A DNA stretch of 64,000 bases from Anaerolineae bacterium (lineage in GTDB: Bacteria > Chloroflexota > Anaerolineae > S140-20). Under the pieces are notes generated by a model. That model had not been told where the DNA came from. It did not search any database and saw nothing but the letters and a program-made list of their open reading frames with translations. Made by a program: the position numbers and the translations under genes. Of the stretch, positions 54,168 to 63,181 are shown piece by piece; positions within the stretch are counted from its first letter, which is position 1; each line of letters begins with the position of its first letter. The stretch is taken from the NCBI GenBank assembly GCA_027021705.1, contig JALUTT010000170.1, positions 2,429 through 66,428 of the forward strand. The letters are read 5' to 3'.

Positions 54168-55412
54168 ATGAGACGTCAGGGGCTGTTCATCCTTGGGGCG
54201 TTGTTGTTGATGGCGCTCCTGGTCGTAGCCTGTGCCGGCCCTCAGGGACCCGAGGGACCGCCCGGTCCGGCAGGACCGCCGGGGCCGGAAGGGCCTCAGG
54301 GTCCTCCAGGCCCCCAAGGCCCTCCAGGGCCTCAAGGACCGCCAGGGCCACAGGGACCACCAGGAGAGGCCGCCGCTGCCGAATACGTCGGGAGCGACGT
54401 TTGCGCTTCGTGCCATGAGGAGATTTATGATGTCTTTATAAAGTCGGGCCACGCCTGGAAGCTGAATCCGGTCGTGGACGGCAAGCCCCCGGAGTACCCC
54501 TTCACCGAGGTCCCAGAGCCGCCGGAAGGCTACACCTGGGATGACATCGCTTACGTCATCGGGGGCTACAACTGGAAAGCCCGGTTTATTGACAAAAACG
54601 GTTACATCATCACCGGCCCCGACGAGAATGCCACGACCCAGTACAACTTCGCCAATCCCGAGGTGGGCAAGGAGGCCGGCTGGGTGGCCTACCATCCCGG
54701 CCAGGAGAAGCCCTACAATTGCGGGCCCTGCCACACCACCGGTTACAAGCCGGAGGGCCACCAGGACGGCCTGGAAGGGATCGTCGGCACCTGGGCGGAG
54801 CCGGGCATCAAGTGCGAGCGGTGCCATGGCCCAGGCAGCCTGCACGTTGCCAACCCCTATACCGTGCGCATGGTCGTGGACCGCGATTCCGAGCAGTGTG
54901 GTGAATGCCATCTGCGGGGCTCGCCCGAAGCGGTCAACGCCAAAGGTGGCTTCATCCAGCACCACGAGCAATACGAGGAGCTCTTCCAGAGCAAGCATAT
55001 CACCCTGCGGTGCGTGATCTGCCACGACCCCCACGCCGGAGTGGTGCAACTGCGCAAAGCGGGCGAGCAGACCACACGCACCCAGTGTGAGAACTGTCAC
55101 TTCCAGGAGGCCAAGTACCAGAACTCCGAGGTACACAAGGCCGTGGGGGTGACCTGTATTGACTGCCATATGCCGCGCATCGTCAAGAGTGCCTGGGGAG
55201 ACGCCGAGAAGTTCACGGGGGACATCCGCACCCATATGATGGCCATTGACCCGGATCAGATCGAGCAGTTCACCGAAGATGGCAAGACGGCGCTGTCGCA
55301 GATCGGGCTGAACTTCGCCTGCCGCCATTGCCACGTCGAAGGGGGGAAGGCGACCCCGAAGACCGACGATGAACTGCGCGAGAGGGCAACAGGCTATCAC
55401 GCCCGGCCTTAG
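54168..55412 (+). CDS. Octaheme c-type cytochrome lipoprotein with collagen-like (Gly-X-Y)15 stalk
   Basis: Lipobox [17 protein letters not shown]...GPPGEA; 8 CxxCH (CASCH, CGPCH, CERCH, CGECH, CVICH, CENCH, CIDCH, CRHCH). Confidence 0.9.
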   Translation: MRRQGLFILGALLLMALLVVACAGPQGPEGPPGPAGPPGPEGPQGPPGPQGPPGPQGPPGPQGPPGEAAAAEYVGSDVCASCHEEIYDVFIKSGHAWKLNPVVDGKPPEYPFTEVPEPPEGYTWDDIAYVIGGYNWKARFIDKNGYIITGPDENATTQYNFANPEVGKEAGWVAYHPGQEKPYNCGPCHTTGYKPEGHQDGLEGIVGTWAEPGIKCERCHGPGSLHVANPYTVRMVVDRDSEQCGECHLRGSPEAVNAKGGFIQHHEQYEELFQSKHITLRCVICHDPHAGVVQLRKAGEQTTRTQCENCHFQEAKYQNSEVHKAVGVTCIDCHMPRIVKSAWGDAEKFTGDIRTHMMAIDPDQIEQFTEDGKTALSQIGLNFACRHCHVEGGKATPKTDDELRERATGYHARP

Positions 55413-55526
55413 ACCGACCGATCCGGATCGTTGCCAAGAGCACGTCTGCGGGCCGGGGACTGCCTCCCGGCCCGCATTCCCATCTGGGCTCGCCGTCCAG
55501 CAGCGCAGGATAGTGGGTGGATAACA

Positions 55527-56639
55527 ATGAAGCGGTTTGCCGTGCTCCCAGGTCTGGTGGGGCTGGTTCTGGTGAGCCTCGCCCTCGTAGCCGCCCCCAC
55601 AGCGGCTCAGCCGGCCCGGCCCACCCCGTCGGTCCCGAATGTGGGTGATGAGACCTGCCTGGCCTGTCACGACACACCGGGGTTGCAGATCACGCTCCCC
55701 TCGGGTGAGCCCCTCTACCTGACCGTGGACCGGGTGATCTACAAGACCTCGACCCACGGGCGGCTGGGCTATGCCTGCGTCCAGTGCCACACGGATATTG
55801 GCGAGTTCCCTCATCCGCCCCTACAGGTGACCAGCCGGCGGGAATTCACGTTGAAGCTGTACCGGTCCTGTGCTCGGTGCCACGAGGACAAGTACGAGGC
55901 CACCCTGGACAGCGTTCACCAGGCTGCCCTGGCTGCAGGCCACCCGGAGGCTGCCGTCTGCACCGACTGTCACGGGGCCCACAACATCGGGCCACCGGAC
56001 AAACCGCGCAGCCACATCTCCCGAACCTGCCGCCGTTGCCATTCCCAGATCTATGACCTGTATGAGAAGAGCGTCCACGGCGCGGCGCTGATTGACGAAG
56101 GGAACCCTGATGTCCCCTCTTGCACCGACTGTCACGGGGTGCACAGCGTCGAAGGGCCCTCCACCAGCCCGTTTCGCCTCTTCTCACCACAGATCTGTGC
56201 CCGCTGCCACGCCGATCCGAAGCTGATGGGGCGCTATGGCATCAGTACCGACGTCTTCGACACCTACGTCGCCGACTTCCACGGCACCACCGTCATCCTC
56301 TTCGAGGCCATTGCCCCGGATCAGGAGACCAACAAGCCGGTCTGCATTGACTGTCATGGCGTGCACGACATCCAGACGACGGACGATCCGGAGAGCCGGG
56401 TCATTAAGGAAAACCTGCTTGCCACCTGCCGGAAGTGCCATCCTGATGCCACGGCCAACTTCCCTACCGCCTGGCTCAGCCACTACCGGCCCAGTCCCGA
56501 GCACGCACCGCTGGTCTACTTCGTCAACCTGTTCTACGAGATCCTGATCCCCACGGTGATCGGGGCAATGGTGATCTTCAACGCTACCGACATCTACCGA
56601 CGGGTTGTCTGCCGCCTTCGGGAGCGCCGCCATGGGTGA
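55527..56639 (+). CDS. Nonaheme c-type cytochrome with C-terminal TM (CbcL/CbcA-like heme domain)
   Basis: Signal peptide from ATG 55527; 9 CxxCH (CLACH, CVQCH, CARCH, CTDCH, CRRCH, CTDCH, CARCH, CIDCH, CRKCH); C-terminal TM. Confidence 0.88.
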   Translation: MKRFAVLPGLVGLVLVSLALVAAPTAAQPARPTPSVPNVGDETCLACHDTPGLQITLPSGEPLYLTVDRVIYKTSTHGRLGYACVQCHTDIGEFPHPPLQVTSRREFTLKLYRSCARCHEDKYEATLDSVHQAALAAGHPEAAVCTDCHGAHNIGPPDKPRSHISRTCRRCHSQIYDLYEKSVHGAALIDEGNPDVPSCTDCHGVHSVEGPSTSPFRLFSPQICARCHADPKLMGRYGISTDVFDTYVADFHGTTVILFEAIAPDQETNKPVCIDCHGVHDIQTTDDPESRVIKENLLATCRKCHPDATANFPTAWLSHYRPSPEHAPLVYFVNLFYEILIPTVIGAMVIFNATDIYRRVVCRLRERRHG

Positions 56640-57786
56640 GGTTCGTAAGTACCTGCGTTTCCCCCTCTCCTACCGCCTCGAGCACGGGCTGCTTATGCTC
56701 AGCTTCACGGTCCTGGCCATCACCGGCCTGGTCCAGAAGTACGCCGGCACCGGCCTTGCCGAAGGGGTCGTGGCCTTGATGGGGGGCATCGAGCGCGTGC
56801 GCATCACGCATCGGGTCGCCGCCATCGTCCTGATGATCGAGACGGTCTACCACGTGGGGGCTGTGGGCTATCGCCTCTTCGTACACCGCGCCCGCCCCAC
56901 AATCCTCCTGACGTTGGACGATGGGCGCATCGCGCTCCAAATGCTGCTGTACAACCTAGGCCTGCGGAAGGAACGCCCCCTTCAAGGTCGCTACACAGTA
57001 GAAGAGAAGATCGAGTACTGGGCCGTGGTCTGGGGAACGCTGATTATGGCGGTCACAGGGTTTATGATGTGGAACCCCATCGCCACCACACGCCTCTTGC
57101 CTGGGGAGTTCGTCCCGGCGGCCAAGGCGGCCCACGGCAACGAAGCCCTTCTGGCCGTGCTGGCCATCCTCGTCTGGCACGTCTACCACGTGCACCTCCG
57201 CCACTTCAACAAGAGCATCTTCACCGGCTACCTCACCGAAGAGGAGATGCGGGAAGAGCATCCCCTGGAGCTGACCACGGTGGAGACGAGGGCCGCTGTG
57301 GAGAGCCCCAGGGTACTGGCCCGGAGGCGCTGGGCCTTCTTCTCCATCTACGGCACGCTGGCAGCCGCCATGTTGGTGGGCATCTACCTCTTCGTCACTT
57401 TCGAGGAGACGGCCATCACGACGGTACCGCCGCCGGAACAGGTGGTGATCTACGCACCGCTGACGCCGACGCCTCTGCCGACGCCGTTGCCTACCCCCAC
57501 GCCGCTGCCTCAAGTGGCCGCCTCCTGGAAGGGGGGGGTGGCCATGCTGCTCCAGGAGCGGTGTGGCAACTGCCACAACAGCACGGCCAGGTTGGGTGGC
57601 CTGGACCTCAGCAGCTACGAAGGAGTCCTGGTGGGCGGTGCCAGCGGCCCGGTCATCGTTCCGGGTGATCCCGCAGCCAGCCTGCTGGTGGTCCGGCAGG
57701 CGGCGGGGGACCATCCTGGCCAGCTCAGTGGTGAAGAGCTGGCCCTGATCCGCCAGTGGATTCAGGCGGGTGCACCAGAACAGTGA
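56632..57786 (+). CDS. FdnI/HydC-like cytochrome b fused to a C-terminal monoheme c domain
   Basis: RLEH...LAITGL, HRVAA..YH, GRYTVEEKIEYWAVVWG, AHGNEA..LAILVWHVYHVH; P/T linker; CGNCH...GLDLSSY...GPVIVPGDP. Confidence 0.85.
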   Translation: MGEVRKYLRFPLSYRLEHGLLMLSFTVLAITGLVQKYAGTGLAEGVVALMGGIERVRITHRVAAIVLMIETVYHVGAVGYRLFVHRARPTILLTLDDGRIALQMLLYNLGLRKERPLQGRYTVEEKIEYWAVVWGTLIMAVTGFMMWNPIATTRLLPGEFVPAAKAAHGNEALLAVLAILVWHVYHVHLRHFNKSIFTGYLTEEEMREEHPLELTTVETRAAVESPRVLARRRWAFFSIYGTLAAAMLVGIYLFVTFEETAITTVPPPEQVVIYAPLTPTPLPTPLPTPTPLPQVAASWKGGVAMLLQERCGNCHNSTARLGGLDLSSYEGVLVGGASGPVIVPGDPAASLLVVRQAAGDHPGQLSGEELALIRQWIQAGAPEQ

Positions 57787-57822
57787 GGGCGATGGGGAGT
57801 CGAGGACGAGAGGAGAAGGACG

Positions 57823-59520
57823 ATGGGTCGTATCCGGCAGGTGTTACGCAGCCTCTTCTTCCCCCCGCCAGGGACCCGGCTATGGCGGTGGCTATTGCCC
57901 TACGCCATCCTGGGCGTGATGACCCTGGTGGTGCTGATCCTCGGCGCGTATAGCTGGGAGTACACCAACTCTCCGGAGTTCTGTGGCACAGCCTGCCACA
58001 CCATGCCTCCCGAGTACACCGCCTACCTGGTCTCACCCCACGCCCGGGTGAAGTGCGTCGAGTGCCACATCGGACGCAGCTTCATCGCCACCCAGATTTC
58101 ACGCAAGGCTGGGGACATTGAGCACATCGTCTCCTTGGCTTTCCGGCGCTACGAGTTCCCCATCTACGTCAGGACGATGCGGCCGGCGCGGGAGAGCTGC
58201 GAACGCTGTCACTACCCGGAGAAGTTCTCCGACGACAGCCTGCGCGAGATCAAGCGCTTCCGCGACGACCGGGACAACACGCCCTACAGCATCTACCTCA
58301 CGCTGAAGACGGGCGGTGGCAGCAAGCGCCAAGGACTGGGAAGGGGCATCCACTGGCACATCGAGAACCCCGTCTACTACCTGGCCCTGGACCCCGATGA
58401 GCAGGTGATCCCCTACGTGCGGGTGGTGGGCGACGATGGGTCCGTCACCGAGTATGTGGATGTCGAGGCCGACATCAACCCGGCGGAGATAGACCCGGCC
58501 GACCTGAAGGAGATGGACTGCATCACTTGTCACAACCGCATCACCCACCTGATCCGCCCGCCTGACGATATTGTAGACCAACTGATGGCGCGCCGAGTGA
58601 TCTCGCCGGAGATCCCGGAGATCCACCGCAAGGCCGTCGAGGCGCTCAGCACCCGTTACGACTCCATCGAGATAGCGATGAACGCCATTGCTGGCCTGAT
58701 GGGCTACTATCAGACCTACTACCCGGATTTCTACGCGGCCAACCGGGATCAGATTGAGGCGGCCATTGCGGCCCTGCAGGAGGCCTACCGACAGAGCGTC
58801 TTCCCGGAGCAGAAGGCCGATTGGACCACCCACGTCAACGAGATTGGTCACAAGTACTCACCCGGCTGTTTCCGTTGCCACGACGGCAAGCACTTGAACG
58901 CGCAACAAGAGGCCATCCGGCTGGAGTGCAACCTCTGTCACTCGATCCCCGTGGTGGTCGGCCCCAACGACTTCGTCGCCAGGATCGAGATCAGTCGGGG
59001 GCCGGAGCCTAAGTCCCACCTGCACGCCAACTGGATTGGCCTGCACCGCGACATCTTCGACGACACCTGCGCCAACTGCCATACCACCGAGGACCCCGGA
59101 GGGACCAGCAACGTCTCCTTCTGCTCCAACAGCGCCTGTCACGGTACGGTGTGGGAGTACGCTGGCCTGGATGCGCCGGAACTGCGCAAGATCCTGGCCC
59201 AGCAGATCCCCCAGATTGCCCCGACCCCGACCCCCATCCCCGAAGGCATCGCCCTTACCTACGCCGATACCATCGGGCCGCTGCTCCGGGACCGCTGTGG
59301 CACCTGCCACGGGGAGAAGGGGATCCAGGGGCTCAACCTGACCACCTACGAAGGGCTGCTGAAGGGTGGGGCCGGCGGGCCAGCCATCGTGCCCGGCGAC
59401 CCGGACAAGAGCTTGCTCGTTCAGGAGCAGCGGGGGGAGCAACCCCACTTCGGTCAGCTGACCGACCAAGAGCTGGAATTGGTCATCCAATGGATCGAGG
59501 CTGGTGCACCGAAGGACTAA
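57823..59520 (+). CDS. NapC/NirT-family membrane multiheme cytochrome, ImcH-like, with C-terminal monoheme domain
   Basis: TM, then FCGTACHTMPPEY..SPHARVKCVECHIG, RPARESCERCH, GIHWH, MDCITCHNR, GCFRCHDG. 7 CxxCH plus CX3CH and CX4CH. Confidence 0.85.
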   Translation: MGRIRQVLRSLFFPPPGTRLWRWLLPYAILGVMTLVVLILGAYSWEYTNSPEFCGTACHTMPPEYTAYLVSPHARVKCVECHIGRSFIATQISRKAGDIEHIVSLAFRRYEFPIYVRTMRPARESCERCHYPEKFSDDSLREIKRFRDDRDNTPYSIYLTLKTGGGSKRQGLGRGIHWHIENPVYYLALDPDEQVIPYVRVVGDDGSVTEYVDVEADINPAEIDPADLKEMDCITCHNRITHLIRPPDDIVDQLMARRVISPEIPEIHRKAVEALSTRYDSIEIAMNAIAGLMGYYQTYYPDFYAANRDQIEAAIAALQEAYRQSVFPEQKADWTTHVNEIGHKYSPGCFRCHDGKHLNAQQEAIRLECNLCHSIPVVVGPNDFVARIEISRGPEPKSHLHANWIGLHRDIFDDTCANCHTTEDPGGTSNVSFCSNSACHGTVWEYAGLDAPELRKILAQQIPQIAPTPTPIPEGIALTYADTIGPLLRDRCGTCHGEKGIQGLNLTTYEGLLKGGAGGPAIVPGDPDKSLLVQEQRGEQPHFGQLTDQELELVIQWIEAGAPKD

Positions 59521-59549
59521 CCTCCTTCTCCGTCTCCCGGTCGGTGGTC

Positions 59550-59584
59550 GGACCGGGCACCGGAGGGTGCCCGGTCCCTCTTTT
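59550..59584 (+). terminator. Intrinsic terminator of the cytochrome operon
   Basis: GGACCGGGCACC-GGAG-GGTGCCCGGTCC followed by CTCTTTT. Confidence 0.75.
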
Positions 59585-59737
59585 GGGGCGAGTGACCGGG
59601 CGATCCCCCCCCCGGGTCGGTGGTCTAGGGGCGCTCTGCCGCGCCGTCGAAGGGTCCTGTGCTTCCGGGTGTCCTGGGGGACAGGGAGATACCGGTGCGA
59701 AAAGAGCCTCTCTCTAAAATTTTTGGGGTTGGACAAC

Positions 59738-59766
59738 TTGACAACTTCGACCTCATGGACTACAAT
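59738..59766 (+). promoter_or_regulatory. Sigma70 promoter of the tRNA cluster
   Basis: TTGACA-N17-TACAAT, 13 nt before tRNA-Phe. Confidence 0.85.
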
Positions 59767-59778
59767 TAAGGGCGAAGC

Positions 59779-59852
59779 GCCGAGGTAGCTCAGCCTGGTA
59801 GAGCACTTGACTGAAAATCAAGGAGTCCCCAGTTCAAATCTGGGCCTCGGCA
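59779..59852 (+). tRNA. tRNA-Phe(GAA)
   Basis: Acceptor GCCGAGG/CCTCGGC; anticodon arm CTTGA-CTGAAAA-TCAAG; T-loop TTCAAAT. Confidence 0.95.
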
Positions 59853-59860
59853 TTGTGCCA

Positions 59861-59932
<72 letters not shown>

Positions 59933-59957
59933 CCTGATCTCCCTCCGGGGAGCCACT

Positions 59958-60028
59958 GGCGGCGTCGCCAAGGGGTAAGGCAAGGGTCTGCAAAACCCTC
60001 ATCGCCGGTTCGAATCCGGCCGCCGCCT
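59958..60028 (+). tRNA. tRNA-Cys(GCA)
   Basis: Acceptor GGCGGCG/CGCCGCC; anticodon arm AGGGT-CTGCAAA-ACCCT; TTCGAAT. Confidence 0.95.
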
Positions 60029-60093
60029 CTGAGGGAATGCAACGGGAGGGGTCAAGGCCGGTAGCGATTTGCTATCGGCTTTCGTTGTTGTGT

Positions 60094-60175
60094 GGGGCGG
60101 TGGCGGAACGGTAGACGCATCGGTCTTAAAAACCGAGGGGCTCGGCCCGTGTGGGTTCGAATCCCACCCGCCCTA
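60094..60175 (+). tRNA. tRNA-Leu(TAA)
   Basis: Acceptor GGGGCGG/CCGCCCT; anticodon arm TCGGT-CTTAAAA-ACCGA; long variable arm; GTGGG-TTCGAAT-CCCAC. Confidence 0.92.
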
Positions 60176-60284
60176 CTTCCCCCGCTCCTCTTGCGAGGCC
60201 CTCCCCTTGTGACCCGCCCTCCCTCAAACCAAGTGGAACTGGCAAGGGCAACCGACCGGGGTTGCCTTTGCTTTAGGAGGCAAC

Positions 60285-61826
60285 GTGACCCTTCTGGCCG
60301 TGCTTTACAGCATCGCCGGCGTCTGGCTGGCCCTCTACGGGCTGAACGCCCTGGTTTTGGCCCTGCTTTACCTGAGAGCGAGGCCTACGTCTTTCCTCCG
60401 AGAGGAATCCTCCGTCCCCCGGCTCCCTTCCGATCCCCCACCGGTGACCATCCAGTTGCCCATCTACAACGAGCGCCACGTGGTCGTCCGACTGATAGAC
60501 GCCGTCGCGGCCCTGGACTACCCGCGCGACCGCCTCCAGGTCCAGGTGCTGGACGATTCCGACGACGAAACGACGGCACTGGCCGCCCGACGGATCGCCT
60601 ACCACCAGAGCCGGGGCGTCAGAATCGAACTGGTACGGCGGCCCGACCGGTCCGGTTACAAGGCCGGCGCGCTGGCCTACGGCCTCACCCGGGCCTGGGG
60701 GGAGTTCATCGCCGTCTTCGACGCCGATTTCGTCCCGCCCCCTGACTTTCTGAAGCGCACCCTCCCCTACTTCCTGCAAGACCCCCGCTTGGGGATGGTT
60801 CAGGCCCGGTGGGACCACCTGAACGCCGAGTACTCCCCTCTCACCCGTGCCCAGGCGCTGGCCCTGGATGGCCATTTCATCGTAGAGCAGACGGCCCGCA
60901 ACCGCCACGGGCTGCTGATGAACTTCAACGGCACTGCCGGCGTCTGGCGACGGCGTTGCATTGAGGAGAGCGGGGGGTGGCAGACAGACACCCTCTCGGA
61001 GGACCTGGACTTGAGCTATCGGGCTCAGTTGGCTGGCTGGCGCTGCCTCTACCTGCCCTGGGTGGCCGTTCCTGCCGAACTGCCGCCCCAACTGGCGGCC
61101 CTCAAACGGCAGCAGTTCCGATGGGCCAAAGGGTCCATCCAGTGCCTGCTCAAACTGACCCCCTCTCTCCTCACTTCCCGGCTCACCCTGTCTCAGAAGA
61201 TCGGGGCGATGCTGCATCTGAGTAGCTACCTGGCCCATCCGCTGATGCTGTTGTTGTTGCTGACGGCGCTTCCCCTCTTCCGATACGCCGGAGAGGTTCG
61301 CCTGCCGATGGCGATGGCCTACCTGGGCTTCGCCAGCCTTGGTCCGCCGCTGGTCTACGCCCTTGCCCAGGTGGCCCTGCACCGGGACTGGCCCCGTCGT
61401 CTGGCCTACTTTCCCCTGTTGGCCCTGCTGGGGACCGGCATCGCGCTGAACAACACCCAGGCCGCCCTCCAGGCCCTGCTCCGACGCCCCAGCGGGTTCG
61501 CCCGCACGCCCAAGTTCCGCCTGGAGGGAGGGCAAGGCCGTTGGGAGCGCAGCGACTACCGGCTCTCCGTGGACTGGACGGTGGTGGGGGAGGTGTTGTT
61601 GAGCCTCTACGCGCTGCTGACGATGGCGGTCGCCTGGCGGAGCGGTAACGGGTACGCACTGCCCTTCCTGGCCCTCTACGCGGTAGGCTTCGGCCTCACC
61701 GCTTGGCTGGGGGTCTGGCAGGGGTGGGTCGTCCCGGCCCGTTCCCGCCGTCGCTTTCCTACCGTTCCCTCGCTCACTTATGGGTGTCCGCCGGGACAGG
61801 ATCACCAGGAGTTGTCCGGGCGATAG
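60285..61826 (+). CDS. Processive GT2 glycosyltransferase (cellulose-synthase-like/CslA-like)
   Basis: QLPIYNE, QVLDDS, GYKAGAL, FDADF, FNGTAG, SEDLDLS, QQFRW (QxxRW); flanking TMs. Confidence 0.9.
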   Translation: MTLLAVLYSIAGVWLALYGLNALVLALLYLRARPTSFLREESSVPRLPSDPPPVTIQLPIYNERHVVVRLIDAVAALDYPRDRLQVQVLDDSDDETTALAARRIAYHQSRGVRIELVRRPDRSGYKAGALAYGLTRAWGEFIAVFDADFVPPPDFLKRTLPYFLQDPRLGMVQARWDHLNAEYSPLTRAQALALDGHFIVEQTARNRHGLLMNFNGTAGVWRRRCIEESGGWQTDTLSEDLDLSYRAQLAGWRCLYLPWVAVPAELPPQLAALKRQQFRWAKGSIQCLLKLTPSLLTSRLTLSQKIGAMLHLSSYLAHPLMLLLLLTALPLFRYAGEVRLPMAMAYLGFASLGPPLVYALAQVALHRDWPRRLAYFPLLALLGTGIALNNTQAALQALLRRPSGFARTPKFRLEGGQGRWERSDYRLSVDWTVVGEVLLSLYALLTMAVAWRSGNGYALPFLALYAVGFGLTAWLGVWQGWVVPARSRRRFPTVPSLTYGCPPGQDHQELSGR

Positions 61827-61885
61827 AACTGTGCTACAATGAAACGGGTCGCTTACGAATTGCAGAATGAAGGAGGGAAACACCT

Positions 61886-62782
61886 ATGGGCAACAACGGA
61901 CGCGGAAGAGGCTCAATGGAACTGCGGGGGTTGATGCCCACGCCAGAGGAGCGTTGGGCCTTGATGCGCAGTTACTTGGAGCTGGGGGAGAGCGACCTGG
62001 AGGCTATGGCTGCAACGGTGGAGCCTCTCTTTCGACGCGGGCCCGACCTGGTGAAGGAGAACTATGACTACCTGGCCCGCTTCCCGGAGACGGCGGCGGT
62101 GCTGGGCTGGGAGGACGGCATTGACGAAGAGCACCTGGAGGAACGACGTCGCTTCTTCACCATCTGGCTGGCTCGGTTGCTGGGGCTGGACCTGAGCGAC
62201 GATATGGCCCGTTACATGTTCTACGCCGGTAAGGTCCACGCCGGCCACGGCCCCCGCCGCATCCACGTCCCCGACATCTTCGTCACCGGGGCCGTCAGCC
62301 GGGTGCAGGCCGACTTCGCCGCCACCATCCAGGCCCACATCTCCGACGCCGGTCTGATCGCCCGAGCCCTGGCCGGCTGGAACAAAGTGCTGACCATGCA
62401 CCTGGACATGATGCTGATGGGCTACCAAGTGGCGCGGGCGGTGGATGAAGGCCCCAACCCGGTGCGGGTTACCCTCTTCGGACGGTTGCGCTCCCTCGTC
62501 GGCCGCCAGGAGATGGTCATCCGCACCGGCCCGAACGCCCGGGTGGCCGACGTGCTACGCAAGTTCTTCAACTACTACCCGGAGGCCCGCCACGAGGCCC
62601 TAGAGGCCCATCCCGAGCCCCTGGAGGAAGGAGAGTCGCTCTGGCTGGAGCTGACGGAAGTCTACGTGCCCCGCAAGTCGTGGCGGGTGCTGCGCAACGG
62701 GCGCGACCTGAACTACAACGGCGGTTTTGAGGCCCCCGTCGAGGCGGGAGATGAAGTCGCCCTCTTCCCACCAGGACGCTGA
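61886..62782 (+). CDS. Protoglobin/globin-sensor domain fused to a MoaD/ThiS ubiquitin-like domain
   Basis: N-terminal all-helical domain with YDYL...FTIWL...AGKVHAG...IHVP...WNKVL; C-terminal VRVTLFGRLR...VLRNGR...GDEVALFPP. Start is 61886 or 61916; TGnTACAAT at about 61832-61840. Confidence 0.78.
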   Translation: MGNNGRGRGSMELRGLMPTPEERWALMRSYLELGESDLEAMAATVEPLFRRGPDLVKENYDYLARFPETAAVLGWEDGIDEEHLEERRRFFTIWLARLLGLDLSDDMARYMFYAGKVHAGHGPRRIHVPDIFVTGAVSRVQADFAATIQAHISDAGLIARALAGWNKVLTMHLDMMLMGYQVARAVDEGPNPVRVTLFGRLRSLVGRQEMVIRTGPNARVADVLRKFFNYYPEARHEALEAHPEPLEEGESLWLELTEVYVPRKSWRVLRNGRDLNYNGGFEAPVEAGDEVALFPPGR

Positions 62783-62790
62783 GGAAGGGG

Positions 62791-63100
62791 GTGCAAATCT
62801 TTGATCCACCCTTCCAGCGTGGGGAGGTCCTGGCCCCGTTGCGCTAGCGCATCCCGCCCTTGCGGGAAGAACGTCCTTTGAAGCAGGTCGTGCTGTTTGG
62901 CGCTTATGCGAAGGGGACGTAATCGCTGTCCGTGAAGTTGAACTCCCGAACGTTTGTGAAGGGGAGCCCCGCGAAGACGCCTACGCCCTGGTCAAACAGA
63001 CCTTGGGCATCCGTCGCCTGGAGCTTCACGTCTACGCGGAAGGGGAGTATGAGCAGCTCAGGCCGACCATCGCCCGGATGATCAGGGTGGTATCCCGCTG
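62791..63100 (+). pseudogene. Decayed minimal nucleotidyltransferase (MNT-like)
   Basis: VQIFDPPFQRGEVLAPLR*RIPPLREERPLKQVVLFGAYAKGT* then, after a frameshift, GEPREDAYALVKQTLGIRRLELHVYAEGEY. LFG(S)YAKG is the MNT signature. Confidence 0.65.
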
Positions 63101-63181
63101 CCGGAGAGCACCGAAGGGGCAGCGGATCCGTAGGCGCTCCGGGGCCCACCGTTGGACGGCCTCGTGCCTGGGGACCCTGCG

